From contig JAKIMF020000004.1 of assembly GCA_022605425.2 (NCBI GenBank), forward strand, positions 868,001 to 932,000: a stretch of DNA of 64,000 nucleotides. Reading direction: 5' to 3'. Below, in pieces: positions 28,609 through 40,449 of the stretch (within the stretch, counting starts at the first letter, position 1; every line of letters begins with the position of its first letter). The position numbers and the translations under genes are program-made. This DNA is from Hamiltosporidium tvaerminnensis FI-OER-3-3 (Eukaryota; Fungi; Microsporidia). The notes beneath the pieces were generated by a model. The model had not been told where the DNA came from. It made no database searches and saw only the letters and a program-made list of their open reading frames with translations.

Positions 28609-29424
28609 TTAGTAATTTAAAAAACCGATATAATCATCAGTGCTCTGTATCGTTTCTAATACTTTTATATCGTTAAACCACAGCATATTATCTATATCAA
28701 TAAATAATAAATTATTATTTTCCATAATCGAATCCTTCATTTCAAAATCATATTTTTTTAAAAATATTAACTTACCATTCACATCTATTTCGAATACAAA
28801 TGTACCTTTATCACATAAAACCATCAGTTTTTCGTCAAAAACCATTATTTTTTTAAGAATTTTAATATCTTCAATTTTATGAAAAGTTAATTCATTCATA
28901 TTTTTTAAATCCAAAACTTTTATATTTCCATTTATTTCACTAGCAATTATAAAATTTTTGTTCATATCTAAAGAAGTTATTGGTGAATTGAACAAAAATA
29001 AATAATTTAATATTTTTTTATGAATTTTGTGATATATTTTTATTCTGCCATATTTGTCGCTAGAAATAATATTATCATTATATATTAAAATACCTGTTGT
29101 AAAACACATATTACCACATACAAATACAACAATAGATTCGTATATTTTATATATGTCTCCGAATCTATCAACTAAATATATATCTTCGTTGTATTTAAAC
29201 ATATTGGATATCATTTTTTTAATTGTACAGATAAATTTTAAATTTAAGTTTTCTAATTTATAAAGACATTTATTTCTATCAATTAAATAATTATATTTAA
29301 TAAATACAACTTCTAATTCATGGTTTATTCGTTTCAATTCATTAGCATTAGAATCCAATATAATAATATGTGTTCCGCTTAAAATATAAAAATTATTTCT
29401 GTAATATGATATTTTACTGAACAT
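28609..29424 (-). CDS. TRM82: Reduced WD40 protein, tRNA m7G46 methyltransferase subunit Trm82/WDR4-like
   Basis: LVDRFGDIY matches the Trm82 ADKFGDVY motif. VCGNMCFTTGI..IISSDKYGRIKI matches LGHVSMLTDV..IITxDRDExIRV. Start context CCGTTATG. Confidence 0.72.
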   Translation of the reverse strand: MFSKISYYRNNFYILSGTHIIILDSNANELKRINHELEVVFIKYNYLIDRNKCLYKLENLNLKFICTIKKMISNMFKYNEDIYLVDRFGDIYKIYESIVVFVCGNMCFTTGILIYNDNIISSDKYGRIKIYHKIHKKILNYLFLFNSPITSLDMNKNFIIASEINGNIKVLDLKNMNELTFHKIEDIKILKKIMVFDEKLMVLCDKGTFVFEIDVNGKLIFLKKYDFEMKDSIMENNNLLFIDIDNMLWFNDIKVLETIQSTDDYIGFLNY

Positions 29425-31199
29425 AACGGTTATTATTTACATTTTATAAAAAGAAATTTTAACGAAAATTTAATTGTCGAAAGGAAATCCGAAAGAAAAT
29501 TTAATGAAAAAAAATGTAAATTTACTTTGGATTAGATTATAACTTATAAATATTTTTTTTAATAATTTATTGTTGCTCTAAATTATTCATTCTTAATAGC
29601 ATTTTTAGTTTTTTTTAATACTTTAGGAATATAAAAACCCTTAATAAGCTTTTGGTTTCAATTCATTATATTATTTCATTTGTGTTTCTAATAAAACTTT
29701 TTTTCTATAAAATATTTAATCGATGACACTTTTCACATACCATTTTCCGTTTGATTTAATTTAAAATAAAAATAAAATTTTACAGATCGTTTTTAGAATT
29801 TTTATTCTATAATCGTCAATTGTTTTTATAAAAATGTTGTAGTCAATAGAATAATACTTCTTTTATAATTTACTTTGGTTTTTTTAATTTAAACTTAATT
29901 TTTTCTATCTAAGAAAAAATTTATCAAAACAAAAAACGTTGGAAATATAAACATATGAGTAGAGTTCGCGCCTTTCTTATTTATATAACTACTTAGAAGA
30001 TTTATAAAGAACAAAGCATAGATCCATATAATATTATTTTTCTTCTATTATTCTTACATTTGGAAAGATAGCTTATTTCTTAAACAGTTTAAATTTATAA
30101 GGAATAATCGTTGTAGCGTTGACCGAATAAAAAAATAAAGTATTCAATATGTAATATGATTAAAAGACAAAGAAACATTCTAAATATCTAAGATAGAATT
30201 ATTTCGAATTTGATTCCAAACAATTATTGAAAATCATTTTGTAAATGATTAAGTGCATATATATTTTTATACATCAAATTAGAGCAATAATAAGATATAC
30301 CGATGTCATGTATGAAATGCAAAAATTTTATTTTATCGAATACAGGAAGAGAAAAATTTGGCTTTTACTAAAAAACACATAAATTGAATACTCGGTAAAA
30401 ATTTCATTTGAATCTTAAGTAACTAAAAATTTAATACAACTTTTATATTTTCCAATGATTAAATACTGTCTTAAAAATTGAAAAGTTTAAAGAACGCAAT
30501 AGATAATTTAGTTTTAAAGAAAAATTTATATAATTCACTTCAGTAAATGAATGATGTTCTGATAGAGTAATAGCCAACCTTTTTATTTTACCCGAATAAC
30601 AATTTATATGTAATATTTAGCGAGTAGCTGCTGTACTGGATGAGTTTTGATGCAAAAAGTTAAAAATTAGTTCTTCTTCAGAATTTTATTCAGAAAATTT
30701 AAATAATTAACATTTAATTGTAAAAAGCTGATCTTATATTAAGATTTAAAATCATGACTTACATAAAATTTACTTTCGAATCCCATCAATTCACAATCTA
30801 AGAAATTTTTATACTTGTATAAAATTATTCACGTGCCAGCAAATATTTTGACATATCAAGGTAACATGCGCGCGATAGGTTTCCTACACATCTTTAAAGC
30901 ACAAAACAATTTCCAATAAAGTACTGCCTAACATAAATGAATTTAAGTTATTAACTCAAATCAAAAATACGCAGAATATCCTGTAAAAATTACATTTCCA
31001 TATATACAGAAAAGTTGTAAATAAAACGAATTAGAAGAACCTTATGCGAGAATAAAGGCATTGAAAATATTCACATGATATCGAGTATTGTTTCTTGATG
31101 TGTAAATTAATTCTTTTCCATGATCAATATATAAAATACAATAGATCTTAAATTTTCTTGGCTAATCTTATGAACATTAAAATAACAATATGTTAATGA

Positions 31200-32900
31200 A
31201 AAAACAATGTTTTGCTGATCAAAAGAGAATCTTGATCTAGAAGAAGAATAAAGACGGAGACTTAGATATTGTGAAATACTATTATTAAAAGGCATATTTA
31301 TTCTTTGCTCAAAATTTGTCGCAAAAAACATCCGAATATAGATGCTCTTAATATTGGTTTTATATTCCCAACACTCGTTTCAAATAAATTGAAATAAATT
31401 TCTTGAAAAACATATATATTATAAAATTCTTAATTGGAGACATAAAATACTCTTATTGGCAATTTATATATTATAAAATATGAAAAAACTGGTTTCGAAT
31501 GACTTGTAGTTAAAAATTATTATAAATATAGAAGAAATAACGATAAAGAATATTTCGTAACTATAAAGTAAATAAACACGTAATTAAAACAATAATACAA
31601 AAAAAGAATTGAATTAAGATAAAGAGGAGTTCTTTATTTATTTAAGCCTCTCAAGATTTTTAAAAGTTTTGTTTAATATTTTAAATTGTGGATAAACTAT
31701 AAGGAATCCCAATTTGGGAGTTTTCAGATGATTTTTTAAACATAATTCCGTCTCTTATCTTTTATTTGTAAAAAGTTATATACTTGAATTGTAGAGTGTA
31801 TATAATCTAGACTAATAGAGGAAACAAGAAAATCTTTTTTGGAAATTTGGCATCTATTTGTTATTGTCGGTGCTTATAAAACCATTATATAACCTTAATT
31901 ACAACGAAAAAGTACAATTCTTATAATTAAAAACATATTATATAATCATGATAAGAGAATTATTAGTTTCCGATTAAGCTAATTTCATTGTTTTGTTATC
32001 AGCGAAGAACTAACTACCTTATATTCAATGAGATAAATTCTAAAAGTATATTCAAGGATGTTCATTTCTCCAAAAATTTACCATGAATTGTTCCATTTTT
32101 GTAAAGAGCAGAAAAATGAAATTAATATTAAGGAGCATGCAATCATAGCCAAGATAAAATGTATTTGGAATAAAAAAGCTTATTTAAATCATATATTGCT
32201 TAAATCATTTCTTAGAGATTTGTTTAATATTCAAAAATTTATTTCAGCTACCTATATAAAAATTCAGAATAGAATAATTTATATTATAAATTTTTATGTC
32301 TATATTAAATGTGAGAATACATATGATATACCTATTGAAATAATAATTACATCTTTATATCTATTCTAAATAGTTAAAACGAGAAAATGGTTAAATATCG
32401 TTTATTTAAAAGGAGTTAGTCTTTTTGTTACTACTAAAGAGGATTTAATTCCTTATGTGATAACCTGGAATGATATGTTGGGAACATATAATAAGATATA
32501 TCTAAAAAGACTTAAAATTTCTTTTGATATAAAAGCAAATGCTATTTAGATAAAGCAAAACAAAAAACAGTCGAAACAATTTTTTTAATCAAGGAAGAGA
32601 ACCTAACTTAAGACATCAAGCGAAGAGAGTTCGGGAGAATTATTTGGTTTTGTTGAAAGATCATAGAGACATACACAACTTACTCCCTTCAAAGCAATGA
32701 AAGAACAAAGGAGAACATGCTAAAAAAGTAAATACAAAAAATATCTTGCTTATGAATTACATTTACCAACCACAATAGAAAAACCGACAATTAGGTTAAA
32801 CGATACACTGATTTATGAAAAAAAGAATTTAGTATCAAAATAGGCTGAGAAAGTATCTAAAATGATTAAAATATTTTAAACCTAAATTTTAATTAAATGA
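31200..32900 (+). mobile_element. Heavily decayed R4-type LINE copy (may extend further 5')
   Basis: Remnants CCTTATGTGATAACCTGG (PYVxTW), AAACAGTCGAAACAATTT, CGAAGAGAG and a 3' end AAATATTTTAAACCTAAATTTTAATTAAAT matching the younger copies. Clear from about 32330, weaker upstream. Confidence 0.65.
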
Positions 32901-34308
32901 AAACCTAACTCGATATAAATTTCTTTTTATTAAAAAAATAACAGATTTTTATTTTATATTTAAAATGAATTAAAAAATGTGCTAATATCAAGATTTTGAG
33001 ATTAAACCCGATTCATATTAAATACTAACATGTGCACCAATGAAATGAAATACTGAAAGAATTTAAAATAACTCATTCGTTTGTTTCAAAATTTTATGTA
33101 GTTTATACTTGACCATATACAAATTATTTTTAAAAATATAAACTAAGAATTCTAAAAGAAGTTAAAATATAGTAAGTTGTTTTACAATTAACATGGTTTA
33201 AATTAACATGCTCAGTGTAGGTATCAGAATATAAAACTTAAATATACTGGTATTAGTCTAAAATAACTTTGAAATTGCTCCTACTTGTTGTTGCAATACG
33301 CAAGATAGATTCGAAAATGAATTGAAATCCATGAATTTATCCTTGATGCTTTAAATGTTGCCAAAACACCCAAAACATGAATAATAATACATCTCATAGT
33401 AGATCCAGAAAAACGATTTCTTGCAAATCCAAGTTTTGAAACATCATTACTTTTTCGAAAACTATTAATAATATTGCCACATTGTTTTAGCTTTACAAAA
33501 ATAGTCAAACATAAATGATCTTAAACAGAAAACAATGTATTATATGATGAAATATCATTTTTCACCGCAAAAAAATGGTTTTTTCTAAAAATTGAAAATA
33601 ATTATTAACTACAAATTTTTTAATGATAAAAAACAAATTATAGATTTTTATTTTGGTTATTAGACGAAATAAACAATAACATAAGAAGAAAATAAATGAA
33701 ATTCCACGGAGGAACTTATAATTTTCTTGAAAAATTTTTAAAAATGCACATTTGAATTTTTTTAATAAATGTCGAATTTAAAATTTAAAATTTTTTTAAA
33801 AGAACGACCTTTTCCTTATAAGGCATATTAAGTACCGCCATTTTTGTCAAATATTCATTTTATATGTTTTTAATTTAATTCTTTCTATTTAATATCTACT
33901 AATATTTATATGCTCTGTTTTATAAAATAAGAAGGTATGCAATACTACATTCGTTTTGTTTTGATTAAAAATATTTCTAATCCACCAGCTTTTATGAAAA
34001 AGTATTTGAGTTTAAGAGATTTAAAATATTTTTTTTACATTCGTGATTCATTAGCAAGTTATATCTAAATAAAATTGCGCATTTTTAATTATTAAATATA
34101 AATGGTAAAAAAATCAATTCTTTTTTCAGAGGAATTCTATAAATGGAAAATTGACACGGATTTTAGATCTTTAATTCACAAGAAAAAATGTAATGCTTCA
34201 TTTTTTTACATAAAAATTAGTGTCAAAGCTTTTGTTTATCGAAAAAAAGATAAATTAATTTTTTATGAAAACTATTTAAAGCGGAAAAAAATTCGATTTA
34301 TGGGAAAA

Positions 34309-35253
34309 ATGGAAATTCTAAAATTTATATCTGGGCAAGCTTTATCATTGATTCTTTCACTTACGGCTTTATCTGTTCGTTCTTTAAACAAAAATACCGA
34401 TTTTATTCCATTCTACGCACTATCAATGGCATATATTGTTATTCATTTCGGAGGCCATGCTTTAAACTTCTTTCAACCAGGAAACAGCTTTTTTAAAATT
34501 AATATTTTATATTACATAGTGGCTGGAATTACAGATTTTTTAGGTGGATACTTTCAGCTAATGACATATAAAGAACTAAGCAGTTATATAGTTGTAATGT
34601 TATCGCAAATGAATACACCAATTACAATGATTCTAGAATCTTTTGTTTTTAAAACTAACAAATTTGATTATCTTCTATTCATAGAATTTTTTGTATTAGT
34701 TATTGCAATATTATGTATCAATTATTTTACAAGTATGATTCCTATAAAAATCACATTTCTAGGAATTTTTTATATTTTATTGTCAGATTTATGTTATGTG
34801 ACAAACGGATTCATACAGGCAAGAATCATTCCTGAAGTTGGAATTGGAAATTATTTAAAAGGATTTACTTTATTCGGGTTTTTGACAGGGTTTATGATGA
34901 CAGGTTATTTCTATAGAGACTACGTATTTAATATTCAATGGAGTTTGAATTTTTATTCAAAGAATTATTTATATCTGTTTTTGTATACGATTTCGTTGTC
35001 AACATTTTATCTTTCTGCCTCTAAATACATCAGCTCTTTTGGATTGGTAGCATTCACTGCTAGTTTAATTTCAGTTTCTCTTTATTTTGGTAACTTCGAA
35101 AGATTAATTCAAAAAGAATATAATTTACTTCCAATACTGGGTAGTTTGGTTTGCATAATATTCAATGCCTATATTGTTTACTCAACAAAGAATTCCATCC
35201 TTAAAACTTCAAACCAAGATGATTCCCCTTGTGTTGGCGTGCCGCTAGTTTAG
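34309..35253 (+). CDS. SLC35F1/F2-like DMT-superfamily multi-TM transporter
   Basis: GQALSLIL, TDFLGGYFQLMTY, PITMIL, LCYVTNG and FTASLIS parallel the SLC35F motifs GQxLSL, DVEANY, YAxSNV and FNLSLLT. Likely start is the GGG-preceded ATG at 34309 (or 34300), not 34102. Confidence 0.75.
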   Translation: MEILKFISGQALSLILSLTALSVRSLNKNTDFIPFYALSMAYIVIHFGGHALNFFQPGNSFFKINILYYIVAGITDFLGGYFQLMTYKELSSYIVVMLSQMNTPITMILESFVFKTNKFDYLLFIEFFVLVIAILCINYFTSMIPIKITFLGIFYILLSDLCYVTNGFIQARIIPEVGIGNYLKGFTLFGFLTGFMMTGYFYRDYVFNIQWSLNFYSKNYLYLFLYTISLSTFYLSASKYISSFGLVAFTASLISVSLYFGNFERLIQKEYNLLPILGSLVCIIFNAYIVYSTKNSILKTSNQDDSPCVGVPLV

Positions 35254-35786
35254 CCATATAATACAGAAGTATTAAATCCTATTTAATTTTAAATTGAATC
35301 TATTTTTTATTTTACGGGTATATATCTTATAAAACTTTACTGTCTCGCAAATTTTAAAAAATTTGGGATTTGTTTGTTAAAACCAAATTTTTGGCTAAAA
35401 AAAATTATATTCAGATGTGTATTTCTTTTAAATAATTCAAATTTTCGAAGTATTTTTATAGATATTAAGATAGGAATATTTTGATTCAAATTGTCTCTGT
35501 CAAAAGACATTGAAACATTAAATTTCAAAAAAATCTATTTTAAAAATATTTTTTTTTTGCAAAACTTTAAAGAAAAAGGAACGAATATCCTTACAATTAA
35601 GTAGTCATGAGAAAGCTGGTGTTAAAAAAGATAAACGAAAAATATTATACCTTTCATTGTAGATGGATTTATCACATCGAGGAACCCAAGATAAATATAA
35701 AATACGAGTCGAATATAAAATGAAAATAAATTGCTTAAAATGATGACATGAAAATATAAAAAATTTAAGAATGATTTTTTTGAAAA

Positions 35787-36735
35787 TTTACTTATTTACT
35801 CATGGCATCGTGGCCTATTAAGAGCCCTAGCTTAATTTACTAGAAACTTCCACCTGTCACGATAAAGCGCAAATCTTTTTCATTCATCTATACCAAGGTG
35901 ACTGTGATCCTTTTTTACATCATAACTCATCTAGTTTTGTGACGACTAGGAAGTCTTCAAATTCAGATTGAACATATACACCTTTTTAATGCTCTGCTTC
36001 CAGGCATTCACTCAAGATGACCCAGATATGGGAGCCTGGTTCTTTAAACAGTGTTTACCTATGCCAGATGCCGATATAAATATTGCAGCCAATGTTTTCC
36101 GAATTAATCTCCGGCCTTGGCGATTTTATATTGGTCTTATATTCTTCAATCTTTCGTTCTTATAAGTCTATTATCGCTTCATTAAGTTTCTCGATATTTA
36201 AGTTCCGCAGTTGTATGTCACCATAAGTAAAAAACTGGTTTTAATATTCTTTTTTTGCTTTTCAGCTTTAAAATCGATATGTAAGGATTTCGTGTAATCC
36301 AAAATATGTTTTGTTTCCTGCTGTAATTCTTTATTTTATTCCCTCAGTGTTATCATTACTATACGGCGGAAACATACCTAGATACTCAAAAGAGGATTTA
36401 CTCTTAAAGCGGTATCTATTTACTTGGAAATAGGATGGGACATTTTTCTTGATTTCTAGAAGTATACATGTACATTTTTTATAATCAAAAGAAGACCTGC
36501 TTTTCCTGTTTTATCTTTCATAATGATCGCGAAGACCGTCTATTATTTTTCTTTTATATAAATGTCATCGGAATAGCCTTAAAAGTGTATTTCTCAGTTG
36601 TAAAATTCTCTTTCGAAAAATTTCTTACTTTTCACATAGCAGTTTCGAACGTGATATTAAAAATCATACAGGAAAGCGCATTTCCTTATCTCAAATCCCG
36701 CCATAGGTCGAAATCCTCGAAAATTTTCTAGCTAT
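35787..36735 (-). mobile_element. Decayed 5'-truncated RTE-clade LINE
   Basis: Broken minus-strand frames give LR*GNALSCMIFNI (QG motif), GYSDDI, FEYLG..IK*RITAGNKTYFGL, HLE*MP and ALYRDRWKFLV, followed by the tail GAGTAAATAAGTAAAT. Confidence 0.85.
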
Positions 36736-36915
36736 ACAAATTCTTCACTTTTCTTTTTTAGAGTCATTCTGAATAGATTACTATTTCCGGAGAAACTACA
36801 ATTCTGATAATAATTTTAAAATTTCTTTAAGGAATTATGCAAAAAAATATCTCATAAAAAATATCAATTGAACTTATAGATTCATTTAAATTTATATTGA
36901 TACATTGATATACTC

Positions 36916-37140
36916 TGTGAAGGGTGAGCATAACCACATTAAAAAAGTTCAGCTTGGTAATGAATGTTTACAATTTGTTGTGGAATCATTGCGGCCATTC
37001 TGGTGGAGTATAAACACACTTGATATATAGACATACCCCCTATAATATCGAGTTGCAATTGATTATAAGAAACAAATGGAAAACATTCGTTCGTTCATCC
37101 TCGACATTGAGAGGTAAAAGAGGAACAGGTAATTATGTAA
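36916..37140 (+). mobile_element. Repeat family A copy
   Basis: ATAACCACATTAAAAAA..CTTGGTAATGA..TCATTGC..GGTGGAGTATAAACACAC..CCTCGACATTGAGAGGTAAAAGAGG. Confidence 0.82.
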
Positions 37141-37533
37141 CCAAATTTATTTTTAAAAAAATAATTTAACGTGATTTTAGTAAAATAAAACATACTTTTG
37201 AGATAATAATAGGATATTAAATGACTATTATATATTATTATCAATCAGAAACATAGATAACATTGAATTATGAACTTAAAACCTCTACAACATTACATAA
37301 AATATATTTATTTCCTAAAAACATATTTTAAAATTTGTTGATTTTGGAGAATATTTAAATGCATCAAATTATCCTTAGTTGCAAGCAAGAAAGCTTTATC
37401 ATCCTATCAAATGCATTCAAATGAACGCAGTTCATTAAATATAATTATTTTATATTCAATTTTCAATTTGTGGTTTTTTGCTTAATATTCAAAGAATTTT
37501 AAGCAATAGAACATCTCCAAATCAAAATCATTT

Positions 37534-37698
37534 AAAAACTAAAAAACTAAAAAACTAAAATCTAAAAACTAAAAACTAAAAACTAAAAACTAAAAAACTA
37601 AAAAACTAAAAACTAAAAACTAAAAAACTAAAAAACTAAAAAACTAAAAAACTAAAAAACTAAAAAACTAAAAAACTAAAAATTAAAAAACTAAAAAA
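37534..37698 (+). repeat. (A5-6CT)n simple tandem repeat
   Basis: About 20 tandem AAAAACT/AAAAAACT units. Confidence 0.95.
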
Positions 37699-38425
37699 CG
37701 GAACAAAAATACAAGAATGTAATATTATTTATGAAATTTGGTTTATTATATTTCAACCTAAGAATTTATCTAAAATTTAGGTTTAGAAAAATTCGATGTG
37801 TTCGATTTTACCAATATAACTTTATAAAAACATCTTGATATTATTCAAATAATAAGCATCCAAAGATCTATCATTTTAAAATACATAATTTTTATAAATA
37901 AATTTTGGATTAAAAAGTAAGAAAATCTTTGAAAATATTTTTAACCAGACTTATAAAAATCATTATTATTTAACAGATTTTGTAAAAATTATATGGTATT
38001 AAATTTTCTCCGAAACTGTTAGTCTATATGATTTAAATTTAGCCAAATATTATGTTATTGCTTTTATTAAGTTAACTATTAAGTTTTGCCCGCATACTAT
38101 TTTTTATTTATGTATTTTTAGCTGAAGTATGGAGTCATGAAATTATAAAGTAATTCGATTAGTGTCTAAAAAATAAAAGTAGCCGAAAATAAAAAGGAAA
38201 AAATTTAAATCAAAATGGTTGTTCAAAAACTATCCAAACAATATTAAATGGGTTGAACTCTCTAGAACGATTTTTTATAGCAAAGATGTAACAGAAGAAA
38301 ATATAAATTTCTTCTTGACTAGTCATTGCATGAGGGGTAATTTTTTCAAATTCAAAAATTAAGAAATTCGAAGTCGATAAATTTTTTTGGTTGTGTAAAG
38401 TGTAAAAAAAATGTGAATTTACACC

Positions 38426-39562
38426 TCATTTATTATCGTAGGAAATTCTTTTTTCAAAAAAATAAAGATTTTCTTTAAAGAAAAAATTACCGGTATCATG
38501 ATCACGATAGCCCAAATAAATAATTTTATCAAAATCTTTATAAAAAGAGTTTATACATTTATCGAACTCCCTAAAAACAGTTACATTTTTAGAAAACTCA
38601 CAATCAATCCTAAAAAAAGTCATTTCTGCTAAAACTTGTGACATTGTAGCGCTTGTAACTAAAACAAAATTTAGGCTTTTTTCAAATAGTTTTCTTAATA
38701 TAGAAACCACCCGACTTATTTGTACATCGGTGACTTTGCATGCTTCAATATACAAATCCCTATCTAGAAATCTATCAAAATAATTTTTATTTGTCATTTC
38801 AATATATTTTTCTGCAAATTTTTCTTTTACCAATTTTAAAAATTCTTTCCTCTGCAAATCAAGTCTTTTTTCATATAAATTGTCATATGTTTCATCATAA
38901 ATAGTTTTTAAGATATTTTGCATGCTATTTATCGAATCTTTAATTAAATTGTAATCAGATTTTCTTTCTAAATTATTAACTTTCATGAAAAGTATATAAT
39001 CGAAATCTAAAATATATAAAATCTTTAAGTTTTTAGAAATACACTTAGCATTTAATATTTCCTCTTCTTTCAATATTTCGGTTTTTCTATATAATTTATT
39101 TAATTCAATTTCTCGATCATAAACCTTTAGTTTCATCTCTCTATCTCTTTTATATTTAATTCTATCACTTTCTATTCTTTCAAGAATACATCTTTTCTCT
39201 GTTTCAGACATTATTTCATCATAATTTTTTACTTCCTTAAATTTTTCTTTAATAATATCCATGCATTCTGCGGAAATTAATTTTTTTTGATGTAAGTAGA
39301 AAATAAGCCCATACATGTATTGGTTTAAATTATTTCGTGTGTTTAGACTATCAATTAATACATTCTCTTGAACAGGGATTTCTAGTTTTTCAAAAGCCCG
39401 CAATACACAATAATTTCTTGGTGTATTTATCATTAAATTTAATTCGTCTAATGCTTCTTTATTATTCAGAAAAAATATTCGCATTCTTTTTTTATTTTCT
39501 TTAATCCATTTCCTGTCTTTGATGTTTTCTAAGCATAAATCTATTTCTTTTTTGAAATCCAT
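38426..39562 (-). CDS. Eyes absent (EYA)-like HAD-fold protein with N-terminal helical domain
   Basis: ILYILDFDYILF (HAD motif I, DxD), FVLVTSATMSQVLAEMTFFRIDCEF (motif II) and IIYLG are colinear with EYA [32 protein letters not shown] and YVVIGDG. Start context CCCATTATG. Confidence 0.62.
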   Translation of the reverse strand: MDFKKEIDLCLENIKDRKWIKENKKRMRIFFLNNKEALDELNLMINTPRNYCVLRAFEKLEIPVQENVLIDSLNTRNNLNQYMYGLIFYLHQKKLISAECMDIIKEKFKEVKNYDEIMSETEKRCILERIESDRIKYKRDREMKLKVYDREIELNKLYRKTEILKEEEILNAKCISKNLKILYILDFDYILFMKVNNLERKSDYNLIKDSINSMQNILKTIYDETYDNLYEKRLDLQRKEFLKLVKEKFAEKYIEMTNKNYFDRFLDRDLYIEACKVTDVQISRVVSILRKLFEKSLNFVLVTSATMSQVLAEMTFFRIDCEFSKNVTVFREFDKCINSFYKDFDKIIYLGYRDHDTGNFFFKENLYFFEKRISYDNK

Positions 39563-40012
39563 AATGGGTTATCATTTATCTAAAATTCAAATTTGTAAAA
39601 AAAATTATATATTTTCAATTTAAAATTTCTGAGTTGAAATACAGAATAAAAATTGGCTAAACAGTTTTAAAATAACATGATTTATTCAGAATCAAAACAA
39701 TTATAAAAAATCTAATTATGAAAAATAATTTACACTTTTTTTTATCGAATTTTAAATAAATCGTTTGAACTAAATGACCAGTATTATATTTCTACTGAAT
39801 AAAGATTAAATGCATATTTTTTTCTGAGATAAATTATTTATGATTCTTGAGAAATCATAAAATTAATTTACCTTTTATTTAATTTTAAATCAAACTACGA
39901 ATGAAATATTTCAAAAATAAATTGACTTTGTTTTAAAGGAGAATAAAATTTTAAATAGAAATCAATTTCAATATTTTATAAATTTAAGAAAATCATGTCC
40001 AATTTGTATCGA

Positions 40013-40449
40013 ATGTATCATATTAACATATTTTTCATATTTTTTTAAAACATATTTGTTCCTTTGTTGCAACTGATATAAGTCGAAGTAGAAACCCGAC
40101 AACTCGACAACAAAAAGCAAATAAACAAAAAGAATTTACGCAACACATTGCAGAAAAATACAATATACCGATGAATAGCACAAAATTTAAACCTACCAAA
40201 AGAGGCGCAGAAATCAAAAACAAACCAGATGAAAAATCTAAACAAAAAAAATCGGTTTCACATCTGAAAGATCAAAATAGAAAAATAAATAAATTTAAAG
40301 ATAAATTAGAGGATAAAATTGATTTTTATAACGATAAACTAAAATATTTTACTAAAAAAATAGCGAACAAACCCAAAGAGAAATATTCTGATTTAAAGTA
40401 TAAAGGGAAAAAATTTTACAAAAAAATACCAAAAATAGCTTCAATTTAA
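40013..40449 (+). CDS. Lys-rich putative secreted protein of about 145 aa, split by a 1-nt frameshift in a T7 run
   Basis: Adding one T to the run at 40040-40046 joins MYHINIFFIFF to LKHICSFVATD..., giving a signal-peptide-like N-terminus continuous with ORF 40171-40449. Confidence 0.6.

Noticed and set aside
27403-29263. Antisense ORFs within the MCMDC2-like and TRM82 genes (and those inside GFA1 and the LINEs)
   Set aside because: Shadow or alternate frames of real coding sequence with no start-context motif or recognisable features.
34102-34299. N-terminal extension of the transporter ORF
   Set aside because: Low-complexity K/F/I-rich translation of AT-rich DNA. Family similarity begins after the GGG-preceded ATG.
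37534-37698. Interstitial telomere
   Set aside because: The minus-strand unit is T5-6AG with a single G, unlike TTAGG-type telomeric repeats.
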